Positions 46,516 through 56,330 of a DNA stretch of 64,000 nucleotides are shown piece after piece; the first letter of the stretch is position 1; each line of letters starts with the position of its first letter. The notes under the pieces were generated by a model that had not been told where the DNA came from, searched no databases, and was given only the letters and a program-made list of their open reading frames with translations. The position numbers and the translations under genes were made by a program. Source of the stretch: Bdellovibrio sp. ZAP7 (GTDB taxonomy: Bacteria; Bdellovibrionota; FAC87; UBA2466); contig CAMCTJ010000008.1 in NCBI GenBank assembly GCA_945878405.1, positions 30,625 through 94,624 on the forward strand, in the 5' to 3' direction.

Positions 46516-48072
46516 TTGACGCAAGATACCGCAAAAAGAATTCAACGAGCCAGTCTCCTCATGGTGTTGAGTATTTTTCTTTCTCGCATTTTGGGATTTT
46601 TAAGAGAGTGGGTACTTGCAAGAACCGTCGGTGCAAGTGAGATGGCTGATGTTTACTTAGCCTCATTCACAATTCCAGACTTTTTAAATTATTTGATGGC
46701 CGCAGGAGCATTGAACATTTCTTTGATTCCGATCTTAGCGTCCTACACGGGCGAAGGAAAAGACGAACAAGGTAAACGGGTTTATCAAACTTTGTCGACT
46801 GTATTAAGTTCTGGAATGCTGGTTTTGGTTTTAGTTTGTCAGCTTTTTGCCGGAACCCTAGCTTCTTGGGTAGCGCCCGGCTTTTCTCCGGAACAACACG
46901 AAGTTCTTACTGATCTCATGCGGTTGATCCTTCCTGCCCAATTTTTCTTTTTTTGGGGTGGTATGGCCAATGGTGTGCAACAGACTCATGGAGTTTTTAC
47001 ATACTCCGCAATTGCCCCTCTTCTTTATAATTTGAGCATTGTTCTCATTGGAGTTTTCTTATATCCGCTCTTGGGGGTTTCTTCTTTCAGTGTTGGAGTA
47101 TTAGTGGGTGCTTTCATTGGTTATGGTCTTTTTCAAATAGTGGGTTTGATTAAACTTGGTTATCCCATCATTCCTAAACTTCACTGGGATTTAGAAAGTC
47201 GAACTGCTTTTAAAAAATATCTTTGGATGAGTGTGCCCATCATGCTTGCATTTTCACTCGTGGTTGCCGACGAATGGATTTCAAAATATTTAGCGAGCTT
47301 TATGAAAGTGGGAGCAGTAAGCCGGCTCAGTTACGCACGGACAGAAATGAGAATTCCGATTGCTATTATTGGGCAAGCAGCGGGGATTGCAAGCTACCCA
47401 CACCTTTCAAGGCTCTGGGCCAAAAGGGATTTTGCTGAGTTTGGAAACACCTTCACTCGGGAATTACAAAAAATCTGGGCTCTGGGGCCAATTGCAGCAG
47501 TTTTAACGTTTACCCATGCTCTTCCGATTACTGATTTTATTTATGGAGGGGGAAAACTCACCCCTGAAGATCTTCGAGAGACAGCTGAACTTCTTCAATT
47601 GATGGGTTTGGGAGTCGTTTTTTGGATATTTCATATCCTGCTGTCACGAGGTTTCTATGCAACTCAAACCACTTGGTTGCCCTCGCTCTGGGGAACTTTA
47701 ACAACCCTTTTGTTTATTCCGGTTTATGTAAAGCTTTCTCAAGTGTGGGGTGTTCATGGTTTAGCTTTGTCGGGCACACTAGGAATTGCTTTCTATGTAG
47801 CCACCCTGAGCTGGATGTTGGGAAGACATTTGAAAAAGAATCAAACCTCGATTTCGTTTAAGCCACTTTGGAAATTTGGTTTTCAGTGGTCTCTCGTGAT
47901 TTGTATTCTTGGCGCGATATCTTTTGGGCTCTCGAAATTAGGAATCTATCATTCGACAAGGCTGTCAGCGTTGGTGGACGTTACCGTTGCGCTAGGAGTA
48001 CTCACCAGCATCGCTCTTTTGTTATTGAGAAAAGTTTTCGCCAAAAGCACTCCTGGCGGAGCTCTTTTTTAA
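46516..48072 (+). CDS. murJ: Lipid II flippase MurJ (MviN)
   Basis: SRILGFLRE, SFTIPD, multi-TM, RGFYA. Confidence 0.9.
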   Translation: MTQDTAKRIQRASLLMVLSIFLSRILGFLREWVLARTVGASEMADVYLASFTIPDFLNYLMAAGALNISLIPILASYTGEGKDEQGKRVYQTLSTVLSSGMLVLVLVCQLFAGTLASWVAPGFSPEQHEVLTDLMRLILPAQFFFFWGGMANGVQQTHGVFTYSAIAPLLYNLSIVLIGVFLYPLLGVSSFSVGVLVGAFIGYGLFQIVGLIKLGYPIIPKLHWDLESRTAFKKYLWMSVPIMLAFSLVVADEWISKYLASFMKVGAVSRLSYARTEMRIPIAIIGQAAGIASYPHLSRLWAKRDFAEFGNTFTRELQKIWALGPIAAVLTFTHALPITDFIYGGGKLTPEDLRETAELLQLMGLGVVFWIFHILLSRGFYATQTTWLPSLWGTLTTLLFIPVYVKLSQVWGVHGLALSGTLGIAFYVATLSWMLGRHLKKNQTSISFKPLWKFGFQWSLVICILGAISFGLSKLGIYHSTRLSALVDVTVALGVLTSIALLLLRKVFAKSTPGGALF

Positions 48073-48075
48073 GTG

Positions 48076-49608
48076 TTAGGGGCGATAGCGCCCGTAGACG
48101 GACTCAAGGGCTCCCACGATTTCTCCGAGGGTCACAGCATTTTTCACCGATTGAAAAATGGATGGCATTAAATTGAGGTCCTCTTTAGCTGCCCGAATAA
48201 GATCTGATTTGCATTCTTCAACCTGCTTCAGGTTTCTACGACTTTTGTAGCTTTGAAGCCGGGCAACTTGTTCTTTCTCCACGCGAGGATCAATTTTAAG
48301 AATGGGGGGACTTGAAGTCGTTTGCTCTTGATAGGCATTTAAACCCACAATCAGCTTTTTCTTGTTTTCAATATCCATTTGATAATCATAAGCAGCTTGC
48401 TGGATTAAGTTTTGTTGGAATTGCTGTTCGATACAACTGACCACGCCTCCTCGTTTACTCATATCCTCAATAAGAGCCAAAGCCTCTGTTTCCAGAGAGT
48501 GAGTCATCGATTCCAGAGCGTAACTTCCTCCGAGCGGATCAATAAGGGCGGCAAGCCCGCTCTCGTTGGCGATTACTTGTTGGGTTCTGAGAGCTACTGT
48601 TGCAGCTTCTTCAGTAGGTAAGCCTAGAGCTTCATCTCGAGAATTAGTATGAATAGATTGAGCTCCCCCTAAGACTGCTGCCAAGCACTGAAGGGTTACT
48701 CGAACGACATTGGTATCAATTTGAACAGGGATCAGGGTGCTTCCAGCCGTTTGGGCATGAAATCTCAATAGTAAGGATTTGGGATTTCTGGGTTTGTATC
48801 TTTCTTGAATGAGTTTTGCCCAAAGCTGCCTAGCCGCTCGAAATTTAGCGACTTCTTCAAGAAAGTCGTTGTGGACGTTGAAAAAGAAAGAAAGTCTTGG
48901 AGCAAAATCATCAATGGATAAGCCACGAGCTAGTGCCCCTTCGACGTAGGTGAGGCCATCTGCCAAAGTAAATGCAATTTCTTGAACCGCTGTGGAGCCC
49001 GCTTCTCTGATGTGATAACCACTAATCGAAATAGTGTTCCATTCCGGTACTTCCTGTTTGCAGAACTCGAAAATATCCGTCGTGATTTTTAGACTCGGTT
49101 TCGGAGGGAAAACATAAGTTCCGCGAGCGATATATTCTTTTAAAATGTCATTTTGAATGGTGCCTCGGAGTTTTTTTCGATCAACTCCATTTTTCTCAGC
49201 CACTGCGAGATAAAAAGAAAGCAGGATTCCAGCGGTGGCATTGATGGTCATAGAAGTGCTCACCTGATCCAGCTCAATCTGATTTAAAACGATTTCCATG
49301 TCTTCCAGAGAACTAATGGCGACCCCCACACGACCCACTTCGCCTTGAGCGAGTTCGTGATCCGAGTCAAACCCCATCTGGGTAGGGAGATCGAAAGCGA
49401 TACTAAGGCCGGTAATTCCTTGAGAAAGAAGATAGCGATAGCGTTCATTGGAAGTTTTCGCATCCCCAAAACCCGCATATTGGCGCATCGTCCAGGGTTT
49501 TTGTGTGTACATGGAGGGGTGAATCCCACGGGTAAACGGAAATTCCCCTGGCTTCTTTAAGGAAATGTTCTGCGTATCTTCGGCGGTATAAAGCTGCTTT
49601 TTATTCAC
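48076..49608 (-). CDS. Methylmalonyl-CoA mutase, substrate-binding large subunit (no B12-binding domain)
   Basis: [48 protein letters not shown]-like IHTNSRDE. Confidence 0.92.
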   Translation of the reverse strand: MNKKQLYTAEDTQNISLKKPGEFPFTRGIHPSMYTQKPWTMRQYAGFGDAKTSNERYRYLLSQGITGLSIAFDLPTQMGFDSDHELAQGEVGRVGVAISSLEDMEIVLNQIELDQVSTSMTINATAGILLSFYLAVAEKNGVDRKKLRGTIQNDILKEYIARGTYVFPPKPSLKITTDIFEFCKQEVPEWNTISISGYHIREAGSTAVQEIAFTLADGLTYVEGALARGLSIDDFAPRLSFFFNVHNDFLEEVAKFRAARQLWAKLIQERYKPRNPKSLLLRFHAQTAGSTLIPVQIDTNVVRVTLQCLAAVLGGAQSIHTNSRDEALGLPTEEAATVALRTQQVIANESGLAALIDPLGGSYALESMTHSLETEALALIEDMSKRGGVVSCIEQQFQQNLIQQAAYDYQMDIENKKKLIVGLNAYQEQTTSSPPILKIDPRVEKEQVARLQSYKSRRNLKQVEECKSDLIRAAKEDLNLMPSIFQSVKNAVTLGEIVGALESVYGRYRP

Positions 49609-49614
49609 AGGCGG

Positions 49615-49643
49615 AGTTTAGTGAAGAGTCTCAACAAACTCAA
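49615..49643 (-). promoter_or_regulatory. Candidate sigma70 promoter for leaderless mutase gene
   Basis: Minus strand TTGAGT-N17-TAAACT, 6 nt before GTG 49608. Confidence 0.6.
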
Positions 49644-49737
49644 GCATGACAACCAGCGTTAAAACGCTTTGTGTTCAGTGTTTGCTTGCTGCACTACCCA
49701 TCCCATTGGTAGAGTGGCCCTTTTTCCGGAGGCCCCT

Positions 49738-50850
49738 ATGGCGAACGTTGAAACCATTTTTCAGGGTGAACACGAACAAGTCGTTTTTTTCACTGATCCG
49801 GTGAGCGGTCTTAAATCTATCGTAGCCATTCATAATACGCAGTTAGGACCCGCTCTGGGAGGGTGCCGAATGTGGAACTACGAATCTCCTCAACAGGCGC
49901 TAGAAGATGTTTTGCGTTTATCAAAAGGCATGACCTACAAGGCAGCAGTGGCAGGGCTTAACTTGGGAGGGGGCAAGGCGGTCATTCTTGCCGATCCCAA
50001 AAAAGAAAAATCAGAAGCTCTTTTTAGAAGTTTTGGATCTTTTATTGATTGCTTGGGCGGGCGTTACATTACTGCTGAAGACGTGGGAACTGACGTGAAT
50101 GACATGGAATATATTTTCACGGAAACCGATCACGTCGTCGGAGTTGCTGAAACCCATGGGGGCTCTGGAGATCCTTCTCCTTGGACTGCTAAAGGAGTGC
50201 TGGAAGGCTTAAGAGCCTGTGTTGAACACCGAATGGGAAAATCGGAGCTAAAGGGCTTAAGGGTTGCTGTTCAAGGTGCTGGTCATGTGGGTTCTTATCT
50301 CGTCGAGCTCTTTTGTGAAAACGGAATGAAAGTCTTTGTTTGTGACATTGACCGAAAGCGCTGCGAGGCTCTGGCAGAGAGATATCCAGGTAAAGTTTCT
50401 ATCGTTTCTACTGATGAAATTTACGAAGTTGATGTCGATGTGTTTTGTCCGTCTGCTTTAGGGGCTGTTCTGAATGAAAAAACGATTCCCAAATTAAAAT
50501 GTGCCATTGTCGCCGGAAGCGCAAATAACCAGTTAGCTACGGATGAGTGTGGGGATGAACTATTCAAAAGAAACATTCTGTACGCTCCGGATTATGCGAT
50601 TAATGCAGGTGGCTTAATGAATGTCTCAATCGAATTAGGTGGCTACGATGAGCGTAGAGCTAATCGAATGATTAGAAACATTTATTATTGCATTAAAGCT
50701 ATTCTCCAACATTCAAGTCAGGAAAAACTACCAGAATATCGCTGTGCAGATCGAGTTGCTGAAAAAAGAATCAAGGAAATCAGTCGACTCAAGGGACGTT
50801 ACAAAGGTGAGAACAAGCCAACGTTCCATGGAAGGGTCGTTCGACGTTAG
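49738..50850 (+). CDS. Leu/Val/Phe dehydrogenase
   Basis: GPALGGCR, GMTYK, LGGGKAV, AEDVG, GDPS, ANNQL, INAGG; GGAGG RBS. Confidence 0.93.
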   Translation: MANVETIFQGEHEQVVFFTDPVSGLKSIVAIHNTQLGPALGGCRMWNYESPQQALEDVLRLSKGMTYKAAVAGLNLGGGKAVILADPKKEKSEALFRSFGSFIDCLGGRYITAEDVGTDVNDMEYIFTETDHVVGVAETHGGSGDPSPWTAKGVLEGLRACVEHRMGKSELKGLRVAVQGAGHVGSYLVELFCENGMKVFVCDIDRKRCEALAERYPGKVSIVSTDEIYEVDVDVFCPSALGAVLNEKTIPKLKCAIVAGSANNQLATDECGDELFKRNILYAPDYAINAGGLMNVSIELGGYDERRANRMIRNIYYCIKAILQHSSQEKLPEYRCADRVAEKRIKEISRLKGRYKGENKPTFHGRVVRR

Positions 50851-52019
50851 TGAAATCAAAAAAGTGGGTAGCTCAACGCTACCAAATCAACAAACAAGTT
50901 CACTCTATATTGAAGTCCGGGCACCCATGGATTTTTAGAAGCCATGTCAGTTCTGCTATTGAGATTTTTGAGGCCGGCCAGCTTTTAAAATTGGTGGACC
51001 ACGAAAACAAAGTTTGCGGCTACGGTCTTTACGATCCTGAGGGCCTCATTGCTATTCGAGTCCTTAAAGACTTTCAGGAGAACGATCCAACCCTTTGGTT
51101 TTCCAAGAAACTGGAAAAGGTTTTAAAGAAAAGAATCAATCTTCGAAATTACTCAGACGCGTTTCGAGCCATTCACGGTGAGAACGATGGCTTTCCCGGA
51201 GTTGTGTTAGATGTTTATGGTTCTAGTGGAGTTTTGCAAACCTATTCTGCAAGTGTTGATCTCATGGGTCGTTATCTTGCCGGGCTTGCAGTTCGCGAGT
51301 TAGGACTCACAGAACTCATCTGGAAAACGCCTACTAAGCGGAGCTCTGTCAAAGAAACTACCCCTATTCGAACCCTAAGAGGGCATTTGCCGAATCAAGT
51401 TAGGTTTCGAGAAGGCAAGATGACGTTTACGGTACAAATTGGCTCAGGACAAAAGAGCGGAGCTTTTTTAGACCTCAGAGCGTTACGTAAATGGTTGAGT
51501 TCCCAAAATCTTAGCGGGAAAAGAGTCTTAAATCTGTTCAGTTACACGGGCACTTTAGCTTTAGCTGCAGAGACAGCGGGTGCTCAGGAAATTTGGAATG
51601 TGGATATTTCCAAAGGAGCTTTGGAAAGCGCTGAAAAATTTCATGTTATTCAAAAGAAAAAACACCGTTTTATCCAAGCGGATGTTTTTGAGTGGTTAAG
51701 AGAACTTTCAGATAGGGAAAAATTTGATCTGATTATTGTGGATCCGCCGCAGATGACAAGCCAGGTTGCCCAAGTTCCTGTTGCCCTCCGCGCTTATCGC
51801 CAATTGTATTCTCTGAGCTTAAAACACTTGAAGCCCAAAGGGATCATTGTGGGAGCGTGTTGTACTTCTCGAATTGATCGGAAGAAGTTTAAAGAAACAG
51901 TCTGTCCGGTTTTGGTTCCGCCGCTCAAGGTGTTGAAAAGTCTAGAGCCTGAAGACGATCATCCCGTCGGCTTTCCCGAGGGAGATTATTTAAAGGTCTT
52001 TATTTTTGGTGGGGCTTAA
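50850..52019 (+). CDS. RlmI/RlmK-like class I SAM rRNA methyltransferase
   Basis: PUA-like GHPWIF, GENDGFPG, GQKSGAFLD, VLNLFSYTG, IVDPP. Confidence 0.88.
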   Translation: MKSKKWVAQRYQINKQVHSILKSGHPWIFRSHVSSAIEIFEAGQLLKLVDHENKVCGYGLYDPEGLIAIRVLKDFQENDPTLWFSKKLEKVLKKRINLRNYSDAFRAIHGENDGFPGVVLDVYGSSGVLQTYSASVDLMGRYLAGLAVRELGLTELIWKTPTKRSSVKETTPIRTLRGHLPNQVRFREGKMTFTVQIGSGQKSGAFLDLRALRKWLSSQNLSGKRVLNLFSYTGTLALAAETAGAQEIWNVDISKGALESAEKFHVIQKKKHRFIQADVFEWLRELSDREKFDLIIVDPPQMTSQVAQVPVALRAYRQLYSLSLKHLKPKGIIVGACCTSRIDRKKFKETVCPVLVPPLKVLKSLEPEDDHPVGFPEGDYLKVFIFGGA

Positions 52020-52237
52020 GGCATTTCGACTTCGAGTTGTTGGGCAAGATCTTTTAGAAGCGTTAGGGAATAAATAAGGCCAAGAGTTATAGCAATAATC
52101 GCGACGCTACCAATGATTTTGGTTCTTTTTGACCAGTTGGGATTTCTCCAAAGCAGCGGTAAGGCAAACGGCCCAAGAAACGCGGTAGCGACCAGGAAGA
52201 CCCAGAAACTATCAATGACTTTGATTTTGCTTTTCAT
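52016..52237 (-). CDS. Small membrane protein
   Basis: Two TM segments with GPFALPLLWRNP motif. Confidence 0.7.
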   Translation of the reverse strand: MKSKIKVIDSFWVFLVATAFLGPFALPLLWRNPNWSKRTKIIGSVAIIAITLGLIYSLTLLKDLAQQLEVEMP

Positions 52238-52240
52238 TAC

Positions 52241-53329
52241 TCACCAGGGATTAAATCCGACAATTAATTGGATTTGGTAAAAACGTTCTTCTTTTTCCCA
52301 GAGTTTTTCACCCAGTTCTTTTGCATAAGATGAAAAATGAAGTTTTGTGTGAGGTGGAAATTCCAGACTTAAGCCGTAAGTCGCGTACCCCTCAGAGAGT
52401 CCTGCTCTGAGCCCGAAATATTTATGTCGAAATTCAGTACCCAAATGAAGAGTCTTTAGGAAAAGAATTCCTTGAAATTGATTTTTCAGATCTGCAGTGA
52501 TGTTTAACACCGATTCTTTGTTGAGCGAGTATTGGAGAAGGGTTCCAAAGTGATAGGAAGCTTCCAGGTGCGAAGGCGCAGAGGTCCCGCTTACTTTTTG
52601 GAAGGAAGTTCCCCCAATGTTTTCGATCGTGCCTGCAAAGCGAATCAGAGGAGACGACTTCGTTACTTGGGGAAGCGTCAGGAGGACGCCCGCGTTCATG
52701 GGAAAGCCGTAACCTACACCCGTATATTTCTGTAAGGCGGTCCAGGGGTCGCTATTGACCGTTGAAGAATCCATCCCCAGTTCTGCGAGCAAGTCTCCAA
52801 CGGCTTTATTTAGTTCAATGCTACTTCGTTGAACTGCTCGAATTCCAAAGCCAAAAGAAAAATAGTCGCTAAAGGGAATTCCAAAAGCTAAAGCCACCCC
52901 AATGTCATTGTAGGCAAAGACATCGACATTTGTGCCCTGAAGAGAATTTAATTCGAAAAGACCAAACCCTTGATTGTAGACACTGAGACCGAAGTAGGGA
53001 GTAATTAAAGTCGGTTTCAGTCCAAGTCCCAGAGATTGTTTATTGGAATTTATAAAACTGTCTGTTTTTCCATCAAACACTGCTTGATGGATGCGGCTCA
53101 GAGTATCCATTCCATCCACTAGCAGTTGGCCATCGAGAACATGAAGGTGGAAAGTTTTGTTTTTGGCAAGAGCGGCGGGGTTGTAAAAAACTGACGTTGC
53201 ATCGTCTGCCAAAGCAATAAAAGCATTTCCCATTCCCGTTGCTCTAGAAAATTCATAGCTCGGACGGAGTAAAGTGGCCCCTGCGTTCAGAGAAATTAGG
53301 AGAACAAAAAATGAAATTGCGATTTTCAT
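52241..53329 (-). CDS. Outer-membrane beta-barrel, FadL/TraF-like
   Basis: Signal peptide; RATGMGNAFIALADDATSVFYNPA plug motif; LHLGTE, LRAG. Confidence 0.75.
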   Translation of the reverse strand: MKIAISFFVLLISLNAGATLLRPSYEFSRATGMGNAFIALADDATSVFYNPAALAKNKTFHLHVLDGQLLVDGMDTLSRIHQAVFDGKTDSFINSNKQSLGLGLKPTLITPYFGLSVYNQGFGLFELNSLQGTNVDVFAYNDIGVALAFGIPFSDYFSFGFGIRAVQRSSIELNKAVGDLLAELGMDSSTVNSDPWTALQKYTGVGYGFPMNAGVLLTLPQVTKSSPLIRFAGTIENIGGTSFQKVSGTSAPSHLEASYHFGTLLQYSLNKESVLNITADLKNQFQGILFLKTLHLGTEFRHKYFGLRAGLSEGYATYGLSLEFPPHTKLHFSSYAKELGEKLWEKEERFYQIQLIVGFNPW

Positions 53330-53330
53330 A

Positions 53331-54410
53331 TTAGAAACTAATGGTGTACCGGAGGAAGTATCTTCGATCCTCTTGATAGGTATCAACGGTTCCAATTTCC
53401 TTTGCGTAGGTGCCAACTTCTAAGTGTCCTCCTTTAAGCCGCGCCCCCATACCCCCCGTAAAATACATTTGGTTTAAGCCAGCCCAAAAAAACAGGACAT
53501 TACTGCTTTGTATTTCCAATCCAAGATGAAAGTGTTTTCTCCACGGAAAGTAATAGCTTTCGATATTTTGGTAATCCACTGAAAGGGTGCTGGACCATTC
53601 TCGATTAAATTTGGGACTGATTGAAAAACCAGCATGGAATGATTGAGGGACCTTTTCCGGTGCGCCAGGGGATTGAGGGTTTAAATAATGAGTCTCTTGG
53701 AAAAAAGTATCGAACATGTTCATCCAGGAAATGCCCAGTGTCGGGAGAAATCGATGAGGAAGAACTAGGAGCATTCCCGTGTCTACTCTTAAACCCATTC
53801 CCTCTCTAAAAAGAGAATTGAGTTGTGTTTCAGTTAAACTATTAAGAGCGGAATGTTGAAAAACTCCTTTCATTTGATTTCGGTAAACGCCTTTGACCGA
53901 AATGCCTAATCGCAAAATATTTCCGGCAAATGCATGAGAATACCCAAGCGATGGGATGATGTCCTGACGAGCATCGATATCAAGTGCACTGCCATCTGAG
54001 CGAGCCGCCAATTGTGCATTTCCCAAAATAGCAAAACTAAAATTTCTGAAGGTGATTGCTGGAAGGGTTGAAAAGCTGAAAAATTGATACTGATCTGGAT
54101 TGTTCTGAAAGGGAGAGAGTAAATGGTGCAAGCCAATTGCCTTGTTTTCTAAAAGGGTTCCGGCAGACTCTCCGTTGATATGTGCCTCTCCCACAACCAA
54201 ATGAAGCTCAGTATTTTTCTTACGAAAGCGAGTAAAACCGGCTGGGTTGTAGAAGTGAGATGCATAACCGGAAACCGATGCAGTACATGCATTTCCTTGA
54301 GCAAGGCAGAAGCCAGATTGATAAGAATCAAAAAACTCATCTAATGCCATGACGGGTTCGATAAGGAGACTAAAGAGAACAAAGGCAAGTTGTATTGTGC
54401 GACGCGCCAT
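53331..54410 (-). CDS. Outer-membrane beta-barrel, FadL/TraF-like paralog
   Basis: Signal peptide; QGNACTA...HFYNPAG; FHLGLE, WAGLNQ; C-terminal YTISF. Confidence 0.72.
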   Translation of the reverse strand: MARRTIQLAFVLFSLLIEPVMALDEFFDSYQSGFCLAQGNACTASVSGYASHFYNPAGFTRFRKKNTELHLVVGEAHINGESAGTLLENKAIGLHHLLSPFQNNPDQYQFFSFSTLPAITFRNFSFAILGNAQLAARSDGSALDIDARQDIIPSLGYSHAFAGNILRLGISVKGVYRNQMKGVFQHSALNSLTETQLNSLFREGMGLRVDTGMLLVLPHRFLPTLGISWMNMFDTFFQETHYLNPQSPGAPEKVPQSFHAGFSISPKFNREWSSTLSVDYQNIESYYFPWRKHFHLGLEIQSSNVLFFWAGLNQMYFTGGMGARLKGGHLEVGTYAKEIGTVDTYQEDRRYFLRYTISF

Positions 54411-54484
54411 TTTGAGACCTTCAGTTACCAAGAGTTCTTAAGACTGTTCGGTAATTGTGAAGGAAAAGTGTAGAGTGGACCCAA

Positions 54485-55579
54485 ATGGTTTCGATGCAAG
54501 GTGATAAACCCCCTCATTTGAGAGGGGTTCGATTAAGCGAGATTCCTCAAATCCCATGGCTTGAGAAACTGGTTCGTGCTGTAAAGACCCTCGAAGTCTT
54601 GCTTTTCAAGATCCTTCAGATTTTCGATTTATATCGGCCCCAAAAACTCATTGTGGGCATTCCTTCAATCGCAACCCGAAACTTCACCTTGATCCAGGCA
54701 GCCGTTTACAATGGGAGTCAAGAAGAGGTCCTCGGCTTCAAGCCTCGTCGCTTGATCTATCGAATCCTGAAGGGACTCCCTGATCTCGAGCTCTTTGAGC
54801 GAGTGCGTTTTCAACTCTCCGTAGGTGAAAACTCGCTACGTTCCGTGGAAGCTAGCACAAGGACGAGAGGTTTTATTCAACTACAATTGCCTTGGTCTGT
54901 GACTTCAAAGGCCCCCAGAGTTTCTCGGCTTAAACTATCTCCCACTGGTGTTGAGACTCTCGTCGGTTCGATCAAACTAGGGGAATATGAGGTTCTGAGT
55001 GCACCGGTATTTTTCCTAAATGACAAAATCAAACATATTATTATTTCGGACATCGACGATACGATAAAAGAATCACACATCCTAGAAACAACGGGGATGA
55101 AACAGATTGTATCGAGTCTATTTCGAGGAAATTATTATCGCTACGAGGCTATTAAGGGAATGCCTGAGCTTTATCAGGGGTTAGATCGGCCTGATACCCT
55201 GATCATCTACCTGACGAGTACTCCCTTTCAGTTAGCCCCGTTCTTACTTAAGTTTTTGCGCGACAACCGTTTTCCAGAAGGGCCTGTTTTTCCTCGATGG
55301 CTTGGTTATCGAAAGTTTAATCACAAATTTCGTGTCTTAAACAAAATCTTAAGCCAAATACAAAATCAAAAAGTGTACTTGGTGGGAGATAGTGGGGAGC
55401 TTGATCTTCAGATCTATCGGCGCATTTCAGAAACTCCGAAGTTTGGTGAAGGTGTATCAAAAATATTAATTCGGCACGTTCCTGGAACAGTTCTTCCCAA
55501 ACTGAAGAGCTCTAGAGAGCTTCTTTTTTCGGATATTGAGGAACTGAAAGAGCAGTTTGCAGAGATTCTCAACGCCTAA
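54485..55579 (+). CDS. App1-family phosphatidate phosphatase (DUF2183)
   Basis: IISDIDDTIK, GMPELY, YLTSTP, FPEGP, LVGDSGELD, ILIR. Confidence 0.85.
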   Translation: MVSMQGDKPPHLRGVRLSEIPQIPWLEKLVRAVKTLEVLLFKILQIFDLYRPQKLIVGIPSIATRNFTLIQAAVYNGSQEEVLGFKPRRLIYRILKGLPDLELFERVRFQLSVGENSLRSVEASTRTRGFIQLQLPWSVTSKAPRVSRLKLSPTGVETLVGSIKLGEYEVLSAPVFFLNDKIKHIIISDIDDTIKESHILETTGMKQIVSSLFRGNYYRYEAIKGMPELYQGLDRPDTLIIYLTSTPFQLAPFLLKFLRDNRFPEGPVFPRWLGYRKFNHKFRVLNKILSQIQNQKVYLVGDSGELDLQIYRRISETPKFGEGVSKILIRHVPGTVLPKLKSSRELLFSDIEELKEQFAEILNA

Positions 55580-55610
55580 AATGCTAGAATAAGAAAAAAC
55601 GGGGATCCTC

Positions 55611-56330
55611 ATGAAAACCTTGCTCTTAGTTTTTTTAGTTTCCAGCTTTGTTTGGGCAAAACAAACCAGTTATTTAAATTATGAAGAACCACCGGGTTGG
55701 AAATGTGAGCTCTCAACTCAGGGCGTGTTTTTTTGTGAAAGCCCAAAAGAAGAGCAGCGCGAGGAATCTCTTATCCTGATCTTTGGTGCTCCGGCCACTG
55801 AGAACGATACTTTTCCAAATTATGAACAGTACTTAAATAAAACCAAGACCATCCTGGATGAATCCGGGAAGACTGTAGAATCAAAAGTTACTTTTGTTCG
55901 ACGAAGAAATATAAATGGCTTCGAATGGATTGATTCGCTTCAACAAAATTCTGAAATCTCTGGTTGTTGGACTCGTTATCTGGCTACCGTTCAAAAACCT
56001 CTCGCGATCTTGGTGACCTATGTCGTCTGTGACAAGTTTTACACGGAACTGACACCTGCTTTTGAAAGAATGGTTGCTTCGCTCAAGCCCGTTTCTGATT
56101 TTAAGTTTTCGGAAAATCGAAAAGATTTAGCTCTGCCAGGGACTGAATTAGGGAGTGTTCTCAAGAGTCATTTTGAAAAGAAGTTGTCGAAAAAAAATAC
56201 TGCTCAACCCGAATTGCCGAAACCAGGGCAATCGTCGTCACCGCTCTTGTATGTGATTATTGGGATACTCATAGGAGGAGTGGTTTTGATGAGAGCAAAA
56301 AAGAAGACCCAAAAAAGCAAGAAAGCCTAA
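55611..56330 (+). CDS. Exported hypothetical protein with C-terminal TM anchor
   Basis: Signal peptide, PPGWKC..C, TRYLAT; C-terminal TM and Lys-rich tail. Confidence 0.75.
   Translation: MKTLLLVFLVSSFVWAKQTSYLNYEEPPGWKCELSTQGVFFCESPKEEQREESLILIFGAPATENDTFPNYEQYLNKTKTILDESGKTVESKVTFVRRRNINGFEWIDSLQQNSEISGCWTRYLATVQKPLAILVTYVVCDKFYTELTPAFERMVASLKPVSDFKFSENRKDLALPGTELGSVLKSHFEKKLSKKNTAQPELPKPGQSSSPLLYVIIGILIGGVVLMRAKKKTQKSKKA

Noticed and set aside
52241-54410. TraF-like barrels as evidence of a conjugative element
   Set aside because: No relaxase, T4SS, integrase or att repeats; housekeeping neighbours
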